Positions 29,196-53,922 of a stretch of 64,000 bases of DNA are shown here, one piece after another; the stretch's first letter is position 1; each line of letters starts with the position of its first letter. The notes beneath the pieces are model-generated. The model was not told the DNA's origin. It did no database searches and saw nothing but the letters and a program-made list of their open reading frames with translations. The position numbers and the translations under genes were made by a program. The DNA comes from the human T2T-CHM13v2.0 reference genome, Homo sapiens. The stretch is taken from assembly GCF_009914755.1 (NCBI RefSeq), contig NC_060927.1; one strand, 5' to 3'.

Positions 29196-32100
29196 CCTTC
29201 CTTGTTACTTTTGATGTTGTGGTTTAAAGTTTGTTTTATCTGAAATAAGAATAGCAACCCCAATTCTTTTTTCTTTTCCATTTGCATGATAGATCTTTCT
29301 CCATCCCTTTAATTTGATCCTATGTGTGTCATTACACGTGACATTGGTCTCTCGAAGACAGCGTACAGTTGGGTGTTGCTTCTTTATCTAATTGACTATG
29401 CTGTGCCTTTAAAATGAGTCATTTAGCCCATTTATGTTCAAGATTAATATTGACATGTGCCAATTTGATCCTGTCATTGTGTTGTTAGCTGGGGTTTTTT
29501 TTTGTGGACTTTATTGTGTAGTTGCTTTATAGCGTCAATGGTCTGTGTACTTACATATGTTTTTGTGATGGGTGGTAAGTCTTTCATTTTCAGGATTAGC
29601 ACTTCCTTAAAGAGCTCTTGTAAGGCAGGTCTTGATGGTAACAAATTTTCTTAGCATTTGCTTGTCTGAAAAATATTGCATTTCTCCTTTATTTGTCTCC
29701 TTTATTTGCTTGTCTGAAAAATATTTCATTTCTCCTTTAGTTTGGTGGGATATGAAATTTGTGATTGACATTTCTTTTCTTTAATGATGTTGAATATAGG
29801 CCCCCAGTCTTTTCTAGCTTACAGGGTTTCTGCTGAAAGTTCTGCTGTTAGCCTGATGGGGCTCCCTTTTTAGGTGACCTCCCCTTCTCTCTAGCTGTCT
29901 TTAATATTTTGTCCTTCACATTGAGCTTGGGGAATCTGATGACTGTGTGTTTTGGGGGTGGTCATCTTGCATAGTATCTTCCAGGGGTTCTCTGAATTTC
30001 CTGAATTTGAATGTGAACCTCTCTAGTGAGGTTGGGGAAATTTTCATGAAGAAAATCCTCAAATATGTATTACAAGTTGCTTGCTCTCTCCCCCTCTCTT
30101 TCAGTGACACTAAGGAGTCATAGATTTGGTCTATAAAAATTCCATATATCTTATATATTATGTTCATTCTTTTACATTCTTTTTTCCTTATTTTTTTCTT
30201 GACTGAATAGATTTGAAGAGCCAGTCTTTGAGTTCTGAGGCTCTTTCCTGAACTTAGTATATTCTGCTGTTAGTATTTCCAATTGAATTATGAAATTCTT
30301 GTGGTGAGTTTTTCATGTCTATCAGATCAGTTAGGTTCTTTCTTAAATGGCTATTTCATCTTTCTGCTCTTGAATTGTTTTACTGGATTTCTTAGATTTC
30401 TTTTGTATTGAATTTCAACTTCCTCCTGAATCTTGATGATCATTGCCATTGCCATCCAGATCCTGAATTCTATGTCTGTCATTTCAGCCATTTCAGTTTG
30501 GTTAAGAACTATTGCTGGGAAGCTAATATGGTCATTTGGAGGTAAGAAGGCACTCCGGATTTTACAGTTGCCAGAGGTCTTGCACTGATTCTCATCTGTG
30601 TGGGCTGATGTTCCTTTAATCTTTGAAGTTGCTGTCCTTTGGATGGGGCTTTTTCTTTTTATATTCTTTGCTACCTTTGAATGTTCGACTGTGGTATAAG
30701 TTGGGTTTAGTTGACTGGCTTCATTTCTGGATGATTTCAGGAGGCCATGGCTCAACTCAGCACTCTTGGGCTGTGCACTTTAATCCTGGGGTTGCTGGGA
30801 TCAAGCCTATGGCTTTGTTCTCTGGCTTCTCAAAGTTAACCATTTGATGTACTCAGCCGGGGTGGCGGGGGGAAGGGGGTAAGTGTTTCTGGTCCTCTGG
30901 CAATGATACTGCATTGGTGGATGCTGGCAAAAGCCCTTTGTCAAGGTGATGGCAACATGATCCATGCCCACATGCATGTGCTGGGAGTGGCAGGTGGCAG
31001 CAGCATGGCAGGGTCTGTGCATAGGCATGTGTACTGGCATAGCCATTGGGGAGGCTGCAGGTGGATGCATGCTGGCAAGGCCCATGTGAAAAAACTCTCT
31101 TACAGTTAGGCTGGGTCTTCCAGTAAAAGAGCTATAGCAGTAGCTACTTGGAAGTGCCCTGGTTGAGCATCTGAGGCTACACTGCAAGTGGATGTGGCCA
31201 GGCAGAGATCCTCGGGAATTCTTGCAGAAAGGGGATACTCAGATCAGACTGGTCACATCCCACAGGCACGATAGCTCTGTTCTGTGCAAGTTTGACAGTC
31301 AAAAAATACCTAAGCCACCTGGAACAGTGTGGTGAGCCTTGGAGGATGGGTATCCCTGGCTGTGCTCCACTGCAGCCATTCCCACGTCAAACCCTCTGGG
31401 CTTTGCAGGATGGAGTCCTGTCTCTGCTAACTCCCAAGCAGCTCCCACTTGGAGCTCATGGAGTCTCCTGCATCTAGGTGTCCTTGGTTACATGGCAAGA
31501 GTGGGCCACTCCATGCCTATTTAACTCATTCTTTCTCCAGGAGCTTCGTGGGGCCAGGAATGAGTCCTAGTGCTCTGCAACCCTGTATAGGGTTCCCAGC
31601 TTCCTCTCCCTTCAGCGCAGATTCTGCATTCTCTGTCCATTCACTCTCAAAGCCTTCCTTCTGAAGATTTCATTGGGGTGTGCTGATCTTCATGGTCTGG
31701 CCACTCAGTGAGAGAAGCTCTTCCTAGCTGTGTCTAGTCAGCCATCTTGGCTCTTTCCTCTTTTTCAAGGCCGAATAATATTCTATTGTATGCATTCACC
31801 ACATTTTTTTATCCATTCATCCATTGACAGACACTTAGGTTGTTCTCATATTATGGCTATAATGAATAATGCTTTAATGAACCTTCAAGTGCAGATATAT
31901 CTATGACATACTGATTTTATTTCCTTTTTCATATATACCCAGAAGAGAGATTACTGGATCATATAGTATTTTTAATTATTTGAGGATCCTTTTTACTGTT
32001 TTCCAAAATGGCTGTACCAATTTATGTTTTTCACTAATAGTGTACAGTTGTTTCTTTTTCTTCACATTCTCATCAACACTTATCTTTCTTCTCTTTGATA

Positions 32101-32519
32101 ATAGGCATTCTAATCGATGTGAGATAATATCTCATTGTTGTTTTCATTAGTGCTTCCCTGATGATTAGTAATGTTGAGCGCATTTTCATATATCTATTGT
32201 CCATCTGTTGTGTGTCTTCTTTGGAAAATATCTATTCAGGTCATTTGCCCATTTTAAAATTTGAGGGTTTTTTTTGTTATTGAGTTATATGAGTTTCTTT
32301 TATATATGCATATCAGATATATGGTTTGCAAATAAATATGATCTGCTAATCTTCAGTGGCCTTTAATTTTGTTGATGATTTTATTTGCAGAAACTCAGTT
32401 TGATATAGTCCCATTTGTTTATTTTGTTGTTGTTTTTGCCTTTGCTTTTGGTATCATATTCAAAACAATCATTACCAAGATCAGTATCAAAGTATTTTTA
32501 CTATATTTTCTTTTAAGAG

Positions 32520-36988
<4,469 letters not shown>

Positions 36989-37440
36989 AGCTTTTTAAAA
37001 GTTATTGAAATTATACTTTTACATTTTTAAATTCTACTTGTATGTTAAACTACATTAATTTTGAATAGATATTGAAGTTACTTTACATTTCTGTGATAAG
37101 CCCCCTTGATTATGATACATTATCTATCTTATATATTGTTCTTTTTGATCACTAAGGATTTTGTTGACTGTTTTTCTTGTTTCTAAAGAATATTTGTCTG
37201 TAGCTTTCTTTTATGATAATAGTTTTGGCTGGTGTAGTTATTAATAAAATTCTGGCCTCAAATTTAATTGAGAATTGTTTGCATCTATTCTATATTTGGG
37301 AAGAGTTTGTGTGAAATTAGTGTTTTTTTAATTCCTTAAATGTTTGCTGGAATTCAACAGTGAAACCATTTGGGTATGAATTTTTTTCTTGGAAAGTTTT
37401 AAACTAGAAATTAAAATTCTTTAATAGATATAGCAGCATT
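36989..37440 (-). mobile_element. Old L1M ORF2 remnant
   Basis: aatgtttgctggaattcaacagtgaaaccatttggg motif. Confidence 0.65.
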
Positions 37441-37829
37441 ATTCTCCTCAGGAATGAGATATTCAACTCTGTTAAATCATTACTTGACGCAGCAGGAGAT
37501 AACAGGATGAGGGTGGGATATTATTCACTAGTACTTCTGATCTGTTGTTTACATAGGCAGAATGAGCATCAGTGGTTAGAGAAAGCCTTTAACTGCTTGT
37601 AGTTGAAGCTTGCACTGCTTGTAGTTGAAGGTTACCCTGCCTGCATAGAAATTGTAATGGTCAAAAGAATGTGGTCAGGATACTGACAGCATCTTCTACA
37701 GATACACATCTTTTACTACACAGTTACTCTTATGCTCCATGTTAAGTTTACTATGTAAACTAATACTTACAGGTGTTATTCATTTATGACATTAAAAAAA
37801 ATTTATAATGGGAGAGTTAGTGGAAAAAA

Positions 37830-40800
37830 CTATACTTTCCTGCTGCTATGGTTAATTCTAAGGTTGTAATAGATATTTATCATTTTTTCTTTTACCGTTT
37901 TTTATAGATTTTCCTTACTCTCATCCAGCACTTCTGCTATTTTAGGTTTCTTTCCTACTGGGTTTATGTAGGCCTTTTCTGGGTGTCAGAGTACTTGTTA
38001 AGCTGTGCTTTCTCCATTTGCTTATAAGTGATTAGTACTGGGCATCGACGCCTCAATAATAAGCTTCTCCTGGACCACTTTTAGTAGCAACAACTCTAGC
38101 CCCTCATAATAATCAGGGTCAGTTCCCAGTATAATAACTCATTCCTTTGCCAGCTGGTCTAGTGTCATGAGAGGTTCTAAAGTATCCAAGTGGTAGCCTT
38201 AGGTTTACTGTAATTCTTATATCCCCTTGTAGAAGCATTCCCTCCCCTGGAACTAATGTCTCTAGTGCAACAGTGACTAAATTTATATAGACAGGAAGTG
38301 CACATTTCCAAAATAGACATTGAGAATGATGGTATGAGGAAACCATTTCTACTTCTACTTTTTGGTTCTCAAACCTATATATTACAACTAATGGGGATAC
38401 AACACCAAATAATGGACATTGACTGGAAGTATTAATCCTCATCTTGAATAATAACACACTTAAAACTATATAGTATCATGTTTAAGCTGGTTCCTTACAA
38501 TGGTTTAAGAGGCTATTCCAGCACACTCTTAGGCTGCTAGCTTTTAGCTTATGTGATAATAGTACTACTAGTATATTCAATGGTAATGTGTCCTTTATTT
38601 CATCTCCTTCATTGTCAACTGGGTCCTTTGGTTTGAGGCAATTTTATATGGAATTTGTTGAGGCTAAATCACTTTATGTTTCTGAGATAGTGGTCCAGCA
38701 CAAGGAAAATCCATATTTAGAATATGTAGCAATTGTAATAAATAAAATATCTATCTTTTCCAGGATGGAATAGTTTCTTACGGTTTAATATAATCAATTT
38801 TTTTTTTTTACCAAGTGGGTGGTTGATCTTTTGAGGAATGATATCATATTGATGGTTTAGCTTGGATTCTTCTGACTGGTTGGATATGCAGTAGAGACAG
38901 TGAGTAGATGAACTTTAAAGAGAAGGATTTCATAACATTGGTTCCATGCGTAGCCTCCATTCCTGCCACCTGGTCACTCTGTTCCTCATTATGAAGGCAG
39001 TGGGGTGGCTGAGGACAGACAATGGCTGACTTATCTTCACCAATTGGTCATCCTACTTAACTGGGTTTTTAGTGTCTCTTCAGTGGTAGATGTACTATGT
39101 TAGGCATTGACATAAGAAATAAGAATCCACATACCTTGCATGCACTCCCCTAGATTCATTCACATGCTTCTTCCCCCTCTTGGTCTCTAATCTTCCAATT
39201 TATTTTCTAGACTCCTGACCAACCAATCATGCCATTTGCAACTGCCCAACAGTCTGCATTTATCCTTCCTCACATTACTTCTCTGTCCATACCAAGTTTA
39301 TGACTAAGTGTACTGCTTGGATCCTTGCTCAGTGGGAGGAATTCCCTTCACCACTGTTTTAACACAACCACATCTGAATGTGGTAGCAGTTCATTTATTA
39401 CTGTACCACCTTATGGAGATGACCCATTTATTTAAAAAGCGCATTCTTATTTCTCCTCTTTGTGGTAGTTATAAGGAAACACCTACATGTTCATAGCTAT
39501 GAGCAGAGGAAGCAATAATGGTGCAATTAGAGAAAGGTGAAATGGGGATCTGAGTCACTTATATATGAACTTAGTTGGGCCTAATTCTGAATGTACCACT
39601 TCTATCATGTTTTTGCTATTGTGCCAACTCTTCTTATTTGGTGGATCGTAATGTTTTTTTCTAGATCATCTATTTAGTGTCTACAAGGGCCTAGTAGCAT
39701 GTCAGGAATTTCTTTTTGAATGATGAATGTTCCCTATGCAGACATCATGGCCTTGCTCAAGAACTCGAAAGGCATCTGCTTGGACTCCTACTGAGTTTTA
39801 AAAATGGGGATATTTTCAACACATCAACAGTTGCACACCACATGCTAGAGGCTATGTTGACATGTTCTAGTAAAGATACTTCATCTGATATTACAAGTGT
39901 GATTGAAATACCACTTGGTTAAATTTGTAGGAATTTACAGTTGTCTGCTATGATTCATATCATTTTTGGAGAACTCAGACCTATTAATTAATTGGGCATA
40001 TGGGGGGCCATGATAGTGTTTTAAGTCTCCAAGTTCAACAGTCCTTAAGAGATTCGAGTCTTCCCCTTTCAGCAGTACATAATTATTTAGGTAAATGACT
40101 ATATATATCTTTGGGGAAGGAGTGAGGGAATCACTACTACACATAGTTGTTGTGGCACTGCAGCATCTTCTTCAAGAGGAATTGGTCTCCCCTTCAATTG
40201 ATAGGCTCTGGATCTGAGAACTGGCTCATTTATGGAAACTGGGCAAGGTATTTTAATTTTCCCTTTGGTGTCTAATATTAGTCTTCTGCTATTCCAGAAT
40301 TCTGTTTTTTTTCTCACTGATACTAGAGAACCTAGTGTTACAGCATTATTCCCTACCATCAATCCTGGCAAGCAGAAGAAACTATCACTGAGCTTCTCAC
40401 TAGCAGATAATAGTTGACCCTTGAACAACACGGGGGTTAGGGGAACTGATCTGCCACACCGTCAAAAGCCTGTGTACAACTTTTGACTCTACAAAAACTT
40501 TACTAATAGCCTACTGTTGACTGCAAGCCATACTAATAACATAAACAGTCAATTAATACCTATCTCATACATTAAATGTGTTGTATACTGTATTCGTATA
40601 ATAACGGAAGCTAGAGAAAGGAAAATATTAAGAAAATCATAAGAAAGAGAAAATATATTTATTCATTTAGTGGAAGTAGATTGTCATAAGGGTCTTCATC
40701 CTTGTTATCTTTACTTTGAGTAGGTTGAGAAGGAGATGGAAGAGAAGGGGTTTGTCTTGCTGTCTGGGGTGGCAGAGGCAAATAAAAAATTCATGTTTAA

Positions 40801-41390
40801 GTGGACTAACATAGTTTGAACTTGTGTTGTTCAAGGGCCGATTGTACTTATTGCTTTGGTGAAAGAAATATTATTTGGGTTCAGTAGGGGAATATAATCA
40901 TTTGGTTGTCTTTCTTGTATTATGTTTTAAATCTAGTATGTCTACCTCTTGGAGTTTCAGGACTGCTTTCTTTGTACTTCGCCGAGGTAGTTACAGCATC
41001 TCAACCTCATTATCATAGTCATTTTTAAGCCTTGAAACTATCCCGGTAACATTTAGGCTTGGCTGCAGGTGTACTTCCTACCATGTTAAATCCTCAGTTC
41101 TAGAAAAGTGTCTCTGAATCAGTAAAATCCCCGTCCCCTTATTCGTTCTTATATGCTATACTCTCCCCAGTTCAGTGCTTCTAACATCCATTTCTCAGTA
41201 TGGTCTCCTGGTTGTTGCCAGTACCTATTAGATGAGTCCTGCAACCCTTTATTTTTATAGCAAGGACAATATTTTCCCAATTTGAGCATTCTGAGATTTT
41301 CAGATAATTGGGAGTTAGCCTAGTGGACACTCAAATGGTATAAGGACAAGTGATACTAGTGCGCCACTATCAGTTCTTGGTACCCTCTAT
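37830..41390 (-). mobile_element. Highly decayed ERV-L class internal region (ERVL-E/HERV16-like), gag-pro-pol-dUTPase relics
   Basis: LETLVPGEGMLLQGD...LRLPLGYF (dUTPase-like, 38119-38457), GDLKHYHGPP (protease region), KGRPIPLEEDAA...LPQR (gag end), and a PBS-region ggtaccaagaactg on the minus strand near 41375. Confidence 0.75.
40411..40844. mobile_element. Tigger2a non-autonomous DNA transposon
   Basis: TIRs (t)agttgacccttgaacaacac / gtgttgttcaagggccgattg followed by TA. Length ~434 bp. Confidence 0.88.
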
Positions 41391-41639
41391 TCCTCTCAAG
41401 CTTCATCCTCATTTACCTGCTTACCATTATAGCTAAATATACTTAGAAAATACTTAGAATGCTGTAACAAAGTCTAAGAAATCTGCCATCCAAAATGAAC
41501 AGATGTTACTCCTGGTAATATTCACTTTTAAAAAAAAAAAGTTATTACAGATACAATTAAGATCCCAAATCCTCTTTTTCAGCCCCTTTCCCATCCAAAG
41601 CTGGACACTTATAATGAATTTGTTATATCTTTTTTTTTG

Positions 41640-42535
41640 TTTTGTTGTTAAACTTTTTAAGCTGCTTTATTGACACATAACTTGGCTACCACATAATTTA
41701 ATCATTTAAAGTAAACAATTCAGTGATTTTGGTATGTTCACGGGGTTGTGCAATAATTACTACAGTGAATTTTAGAACATTTCCATCACTCCAGAAAGAA
41801 ACTCTGTACCTATTAGACAGTCACTTTCTATTTTCTATTTCCCCCAAATCCTCCTAATCCTAGCTACTATGGATCTATTTTCTGTCTATATAGATTTCCT
41901 TATTGTGGAAATTTTATATAAATGAAATCATGCCATATGTAGTCTTTTGTGACTGACTTATTTCATTTAATATAATGTTTGCAAAGTTTATGCATGTATC
42001 AATACTTGATTTTTTTATTGGCAAATAAAATTCTATTTTATGGATATACCACATTTTATTATATATTCATTACAGTAGTTGATGGATACTTGGATTGCCT
42101 TTCTACTTCTTGGTTATTATAAATCATGCTTCTATGAACATTTGTGCACAGGCTTTTGTGTGCATATGTTTTCATTTGTCTTGGGCATGTATTCAGGAAG
42201 GGAATTGCTGCATCATGTGGTAACTCTATGTTTTACATTATGAGGAGCTGCTATTATTGAATTCCAAAAAGGTTGCATGGTTTCACATTCCCACCAGCAA
42301 TGTGTTAGATCTTAAATTTCTTTATATCTTCCATATGGATATCTTTACCAACACTTGCTATTGTTTATTTTTTTGAATATAGCCATCTTAGTGGCTGTAG
42401 AGTGGTATTTCATGGTGGTTTTGATAGGCATGTCCCTGGACTAATGATGTTGACCTTCTTTTCATGCATTTATTGTCAGTTTGTATATTTCCTTTAGAGA
42501 AATGTCGATTTAAATATTTTGCTCAGTTTTATTTG
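41640..42535 (-). mobile_element. L1MB-type 3' end
   Basis: tttaaagtaaacaattcagtg...ttttagaacatttccatcactccagaaagaaac 3'UTR motifs. Confidence 0.8.
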
Positions 42536-42539
42536 GGTA

Positions 42540-44170
42540 ATTATTATTGTTATTATTATTCTTAGATTTAGGGGATACATGTGCATGTGCAGGTTTGTTA
42601 CATTGGTATGTTGTTTGATACTGAGGTTTGGGCTTCTAATGATCCCATCACCCAAGTAGGAAACAAAGTACCTGATAGGTAGTTTTTCAACCCTTATCCA
42701 CCTTCCATCTTCCCTCCACCCTTTTGATATCTCCAGTATTTATGGTTCCTATCTTTGTGTCCATTTATACTCAGTGTTTAGTTCCTACTTACAAGTGAGA
42801 AGATGCAGTATTTGATTTTCTGTTTCTTTATTAATTTGCTTATGATAATGGCCTCCAGCTGCATCCATGTTGCTGCAATGGACACGATTTTATTCTTTTT
42901 TTTATGGCTTCATAGTATTGCATGGTGTATATGTACCACATTTTCTTTATCCAATCTATCATTGATGGGCACCTGGGTTGATTCCATGTTCTTGCTATTA
43001 TGAATAGTGCTGTAATAAACATATGAGGCCAAATGACTTTTTGGTGGAATGATTTATTTTCCTTTGGATATATACCCATTAATGGGATTGCTAGGTTAAA
43101 TGGTAATTCTGTTTTTACTTTGAGAAATCTCCAAACTACTTTCCACAGAGGCTGAACTAATTTGCATTCTCACCAATGGTATATAAGTGTTCCCTTTTCT
43201 TGGCAACCTTGCCAACATCTGTTATTTTCCGACTTTTTAATAATAGTCATTCTGACTGGTGTGAGATGGTATCATATTGTGGTTTTAATTTGCATCTTTC
43301 TGATGATTAGTGATGTTGAGCATTTTTTATATGTTTGTTGGGTGCTTGTATGTCTTCTTTGGATAAGTGTCTGTTCATGATCTTTGCCCACTTTCAACGG
43401 AGTTATTTGTTTCTTATAGGTTTTGGGTATTAGTCCTTTGTTGGATGCCTGGTTTGCAAATATTTTCTCCCATTCTGTAGGTCATTTGTTTACTCTGTTG
43501 ATAGTTTCTTTTGCTGTATGGAAGGTTTTAGTTCAATTAGGTCCCAACTGTCAATTTTTGGTTTTGTTGCATTTGCCTTTGAGGTTAATATCTAGAAGGG
43601 TATTTCCTAGATTTTCTTCTAAGATTGTGTAGTTTGAGATGTTACATTTAAGTCTTTAATCCATTTTAAGTTAACCTTTTTTATGGTGAGAAGTAGGGGA
43701 TTAGTTTCATTCTACATATGGTTAGTCAGTTTTCCCAGCATCATTTATTGAATTAGGATATCCTTTCCCTGTTGTTTATTTTTGTCAACTTTGTCAAAGA
43801 TCAGATGGTTGTAGGTATACAGCATTATTTCTGGGCTCTCTCTTCTGTTCCATTGGTCTGTATGTCTGTTTTTGTACCAGTACCATGCTGTTTTGATTAC
43901 TGTAGCCTTGCCATATAGTTTGAAGTCAGGTAATATGATGCCTCCAGCTTTGTTCTTTTTGCTTAGAATTATATTGGCTATTCAGGCTCTTTTGGTTCCA
44001 TGTGAATTTTAGAATTTTTTTTTCTAATTCCATGAAAAGTCATGTTGGTAAATAGATAGGAATAGTGTTGAGTCTGTAGATTGTTTTGAGCAGTATGGAC
44101 ATTTTAATGATATTAATTCTTCCAATCCATGAATATAGAATGCTTTTCTATTTGTTTGTGTCATCTACAA
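42540..44170 (-). mobile_element. 5'-truncated L1PA15/16-like LINE-1
   Basis: (TTA)n tail, ctgaggtttgggcttctaatgatcccatcaccc 3'UTR and ORF2 C-terminal remnant. Confidence 0.85.
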
Positions 44171-44174
44171 TATC

Positions 44175-44605
44175 TACCTCTTACATCAACATCCACCGTA
44201 GGAAAACACTACTAACCTTCTGTCACCACATAGCAGGGTTGTCTTTTTTTGAGTTCCATATAAATGGAATTATACAGTATATATTGTTTTCTGTCTGAGG
44301 TATTTCCTTCAGCATAATGATTTAATCTTGTAGTTCAAGACTTATTTATCAGTAGTTCATGACTTATTATTGCTGAGTAGTATACAAATGTATAGATATG
44401 TCACAGTTTGCTTATTTTTTCACTTGTTCATGGACTTGTTTTTCTATCTTTTGGCTATTATGAATACCAAACATTAGGTGTCTTATGGCAAATATATATT
44501 TAACTTCATAGGAAATTGCCAAGCTATTTTCCAAAATAGGGGTACAATTTTACACTCTCACCAGCAATATGTCACTGTTTCAGTAGATTCATATTCTTTC
44601 CAGTA
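44175..44605 (-). mobile_element. L1ME-type 3' remnant
   Basis: catataaatggaattatacagtat, ttattgctgagtagtat and ctcaccagcaat motifs. Confidence 0.7.
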
Positions 44606-45130
44606 CTTATCTGTATTTGCAGATCTACATATTGATTATGTAAAAATCTCAATGAATCTAAAAAGCAACTATTAGACCTAATAAGTAAACTTAGCAAGAT
44701 TACAGAAACAAATATTTAATAATTATATTTTTATGTGATATGAGTAATAAATTGAAAAACTAAATAAAAATTAACTTTAATATTGATAAAAATAATAAAG
44801 TACTTAGGGATAATTGAACAAAGGATATTCAAGACCTCTATACTGAAAATTATAAAACACAGCAGATAGAAATTATAGAAGACTGAAATCAGTGGAGAAA
44901 AAGATCATGTTTGTGTGTTGAATGACTCAGTGTCATTAAGAGGTTCTTTCCAAATTGCTAGAGATTCAATCCAATCCTAATCATGATCTCAGCATGGTTT
45001 GTTGTTTTTGTTTTTATTTTTGGTAAATATTGACAAGGTGATTTAAAACTCTTTAACAAAATAGCAAGAAGTTGACCCAGCTAGGGATTAATATAAGAAT
45101 TTATGATTGGCTTAATAATTTTAAAAATCA
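44606..45130 (+). mobile_element. Old L1M ORF2 remnant, sense orientation
   Basis: tgtatttgcagat (FAD), aagacctctatactgaaaattataaaac and gagattcaatccaatcc. Confidence 0.7.
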
Positions 45131-47659
45131 GTTAATTAGATTTCTGGTTTCAACTTCAACATGCAAAGAGCTTGGAAGTTGTTACTCCCATTCTTAAAAC
45201 AATAAGATGTTGATCAGTCTTAAAATTAACAACTTTTCTTGGACCTATTAGAGAACTGAGATTTCAGTGAAAACCTACAGCCAGAAGCCTGAAGAGAAAA
45301 GCAAATCCAGATAATCACAGATAGTGCAGAAGCCACTAAAGCCATAAACTTACAGAAACACTCAAATAGTAACTTTTTTCAAATTGGTGGGTGCTGAATG
45401 TGGGACTAGCATGAGAATGAGAAACTGCTGGTTACTGAAATGTTCGGGAACCCCCAATACTTTTCCTTTTAGGGAACCCACCAGGTTCTCATGGTAGAGA
45501 TCTGAGAAAGATTCCTTTATGACTCTGGCAGGGTGCTTATTCTTCCGAATAAGCATTGTAAAATATACTCAGAGCATTCTCCCTAACAAAAAAGTATTTT
45601 CCTGGAAAAAAGGCTTTACTAGAGCCTTATCCAAGGTAGGGGAAGGGCATTGCTCAACTTTAGCCACCTTGGCCTTCCTGTCTCATCAGATGGGGGCAAA
45701 AGGTGTTACAACTGGAGAAACACTTGTGAATGTCACAGCCCAGACACACAGACCCATTATATCAAGACTGAGATTTAATCATAAAATCATTGAGCATTTT
45801 CCTTCTCCCACATCTTACCATAACATGCTAACCAGTCTTCATATAATAACAAGTGCAGACTCTGTCTGAGGAGGAATATTTCAAGAAGTCCAAAGTCAAG
45901 AACAAAGGCACAAACGAAGACACTAGAGAAATTTGAAGTCTCTGGCATATATGGCTATAGCACACATCAAGTGCACTTACACAGATTAACGTAAATACTC
46001 TAAAGGTCATTTACCTCAGTTCCTATTAATCAATACAAACGTGTGGTTTTCAACAAAAAATTACAAGGCATTCCAAAGACCAGAAAAAATACAATCATCT
46101 AAACAGATACAGCAGTTAACAGAACCAGAGTCAGCAATAGCATAGATTATGGAATTGTTAGAAAAGGAATTTAAAATAACAATGAAACTATGTGAAAAGA
46201 TTTAATGTAGAGATTAGACAAAATGTATACAGGTAAGCAACATGGAAGATGACTAATGAAAGCCTAGAGGTGGAAACTCTAAGATTCAAAAGGAAATTCT
46301 AGAAATCAAAAACACTGTACAGAAATAAATGACTTTGATGTACGTATCTATAGATTAGACTCAGACATAGAATGAGTCATTGAGTTTGAAGATAGATAAA
46401 TAGAAACTTCTCAAATGGAAATGTAAAGAAGGAAGGCAATTGGGGGTGGGCTGGTGAATAGAATATCCAATAACTGTGTGACAGTTTCAAAAGGTGTAAC
46501 ATAGATGTGCGTTTGGACTACCAGAAGCAGAAGAAAGAGTGAGCAAAACAGAAGAACTATATTTGATCTTTGAAAGACATAATGTAGCAAACTCACATGA
46601 GGACAGATAGATAATCTGAATAGGCCTGTATCTATTGAAGAAATTAAACCAATTATTAGTAATCTTCCAAAACAGAAAGCACCAGGCCCACATGTGTTTA
46701 CTGGTGAATTCTAACAAAACATTCAAGGAAAAAATTATATCAGTTCTCTGTAATCTCTTCTAGAAAATAGAAGCAGATGGAATATTTCCAGTTCATCCCT
46801 GGAGGATTAGCATTACCCAAGTATCAAATCCAGACAAAGACATTACCAGAAAGGAAAACTACAGACCAATATGTCTCATGAACATAAATGCAAAAATCAT
46901 CTACAAAATATTAGCAAATCAAATCCAACAATGTACAAAAAGAATTATACACTATGACCAAGTGGGATTTATTCCAGTTATACAAGGCTCATTTAGCATT
47001 AAAAAAATTAATGTAAACCATCACACCAACAGGCTACAGAAAAAACAATTAAATGATTATATTAGTAGATGCAGAGTAAGCATTGCATTTGACAAAATCT
47101 CACACCCACACATGATAAAAACCCTCAACAAACTAGGAATGGAAGGGAACTTCTTCAACTTGATAAAGAACATCTACCAAGAACCTACAGCAACATTATA
47201 CTTAATTGTAAGGAACTAGATGCTTACCTGCTAAGATCATGAACAAGGTAAGGATGTATCCCCAAGGATTTCTATTTAACATCTTAGTGGAAGTCCTAGC
47301 TGTAATACAGTAAGATCAGAAAAGCAAACAAAAGATATACAGATTGGGAAGGAAGAAATAACACTATCTTTGTTTGCAGATTACATGATTATGTAGCACA
47401 TCCCACAGAATCAACAAAAACACTTCTGGAACTAACAAGTGATTTCAGCAAAGTTGCAGGATATGAGGTTAATATATGTAAGTCAGTTGCTTTCTTATAT
47501 ACCAGCAATGAACAATTAAAAACACAGTACCATTTACATTGGCATCTAAAATAACTGAAATACTTATATATAAATGTAACAAAATACATGTAAGATCTAT
47601 ATAACGAAAATCAGAAGACTGATGAAAGAAATCATAGAAGATCTAAATAAATGGGGGGG

Positions 47660-47970
47660 TGGTGAAGGTGATGGTTCATGGCTGTAATCACAACATTTTG
47701 GGAGGCTGAGGCAGGAGGATTTCTTGAGGCCAGGAGTTCAAGTCTGGCCCGGGGCAATGTTGTGAGACCCCAGTTTCTAAACAAAACCAAAAAAATAGCC
47801 ATGTGTTGTGGCATGCACCCGCAGTCCTAACTACCCAGGAGGCTGAGTTGAGAGGATCACTTGAGCCCAGAAGTTCAAGGTTGCAGTGAGCCACGATCAC
47901 GCCACTGCACTCCAGCCTGGGTGACAGAGGGAGGCCCTTTTTCAAATGAATGAATGAATGAATGAATGAA
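47660..47970 (+). mobile_element. AluJ with (TGAA)n tail
   Basis: gaggatttcttgaggccaggagttcaag and gaggatcacttgagccc (AluJ diagnostics). Confidence 0.9.
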
Positions 47971-48596
47971 GAGATATTCCAGGTACATGGATAGCAATAT
48001 TCAATATTGTCAAGATTGAGTTCTTTCCAACTTGATCTATAGATTCAATTTAGTCCCAGCAAGTTATTTTGTAGATAAGAGCAAAGTGATTCCAAAGTGT
48101 ATATGGAATGGCAAAAGACCCAGAATAACCAACACAATCTTGAAGGAGAGCAGTTGGGAGACTGTCATTACTGGACTTCAAGTCTTATTATAAAGCTACA
48201 GTAATTAAGACAGTGTTGTACAGGTAAAAGAATAAATAAATAGATCAATGATACAAAATAGGTAACACCAAAATAGATCTGTATAAATACAATCAACTAA
48301 TCTTTGACAAAGAAACAATGGCAATTCAGTGGGGGAAAGTATAGTCTTTGAAACAAGTGATGCTGGAACAACTGGACATCCATATACCAAAAAAAAAAAA
48401 AAAAAAAAAATGCAGACACAGTCCTTACATCTTTCACAAAAATCAACCCAAAATGGATCATAGGCTTAAATGTAAAACACAAAATTATAAAACTCTTAGA
48501 AGATAACAGAAGAAAACCTAGGTGATGTGGCTTTTGTAATAGCTTTTTAGGTACAATAGTAAGAAAAGAATCGGTAACTTGGATTTTATTAAAATA

Positions 48597-53922
<5,326 letters not shown>

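Noticed and set aside
38119-40431. Domesticated retroviral gene (dUTPase/gag)
   Set aside because: Only short, heavily degenerate frames remain, interrupted by Tigger2a, with no intact catalytic motifs visible.
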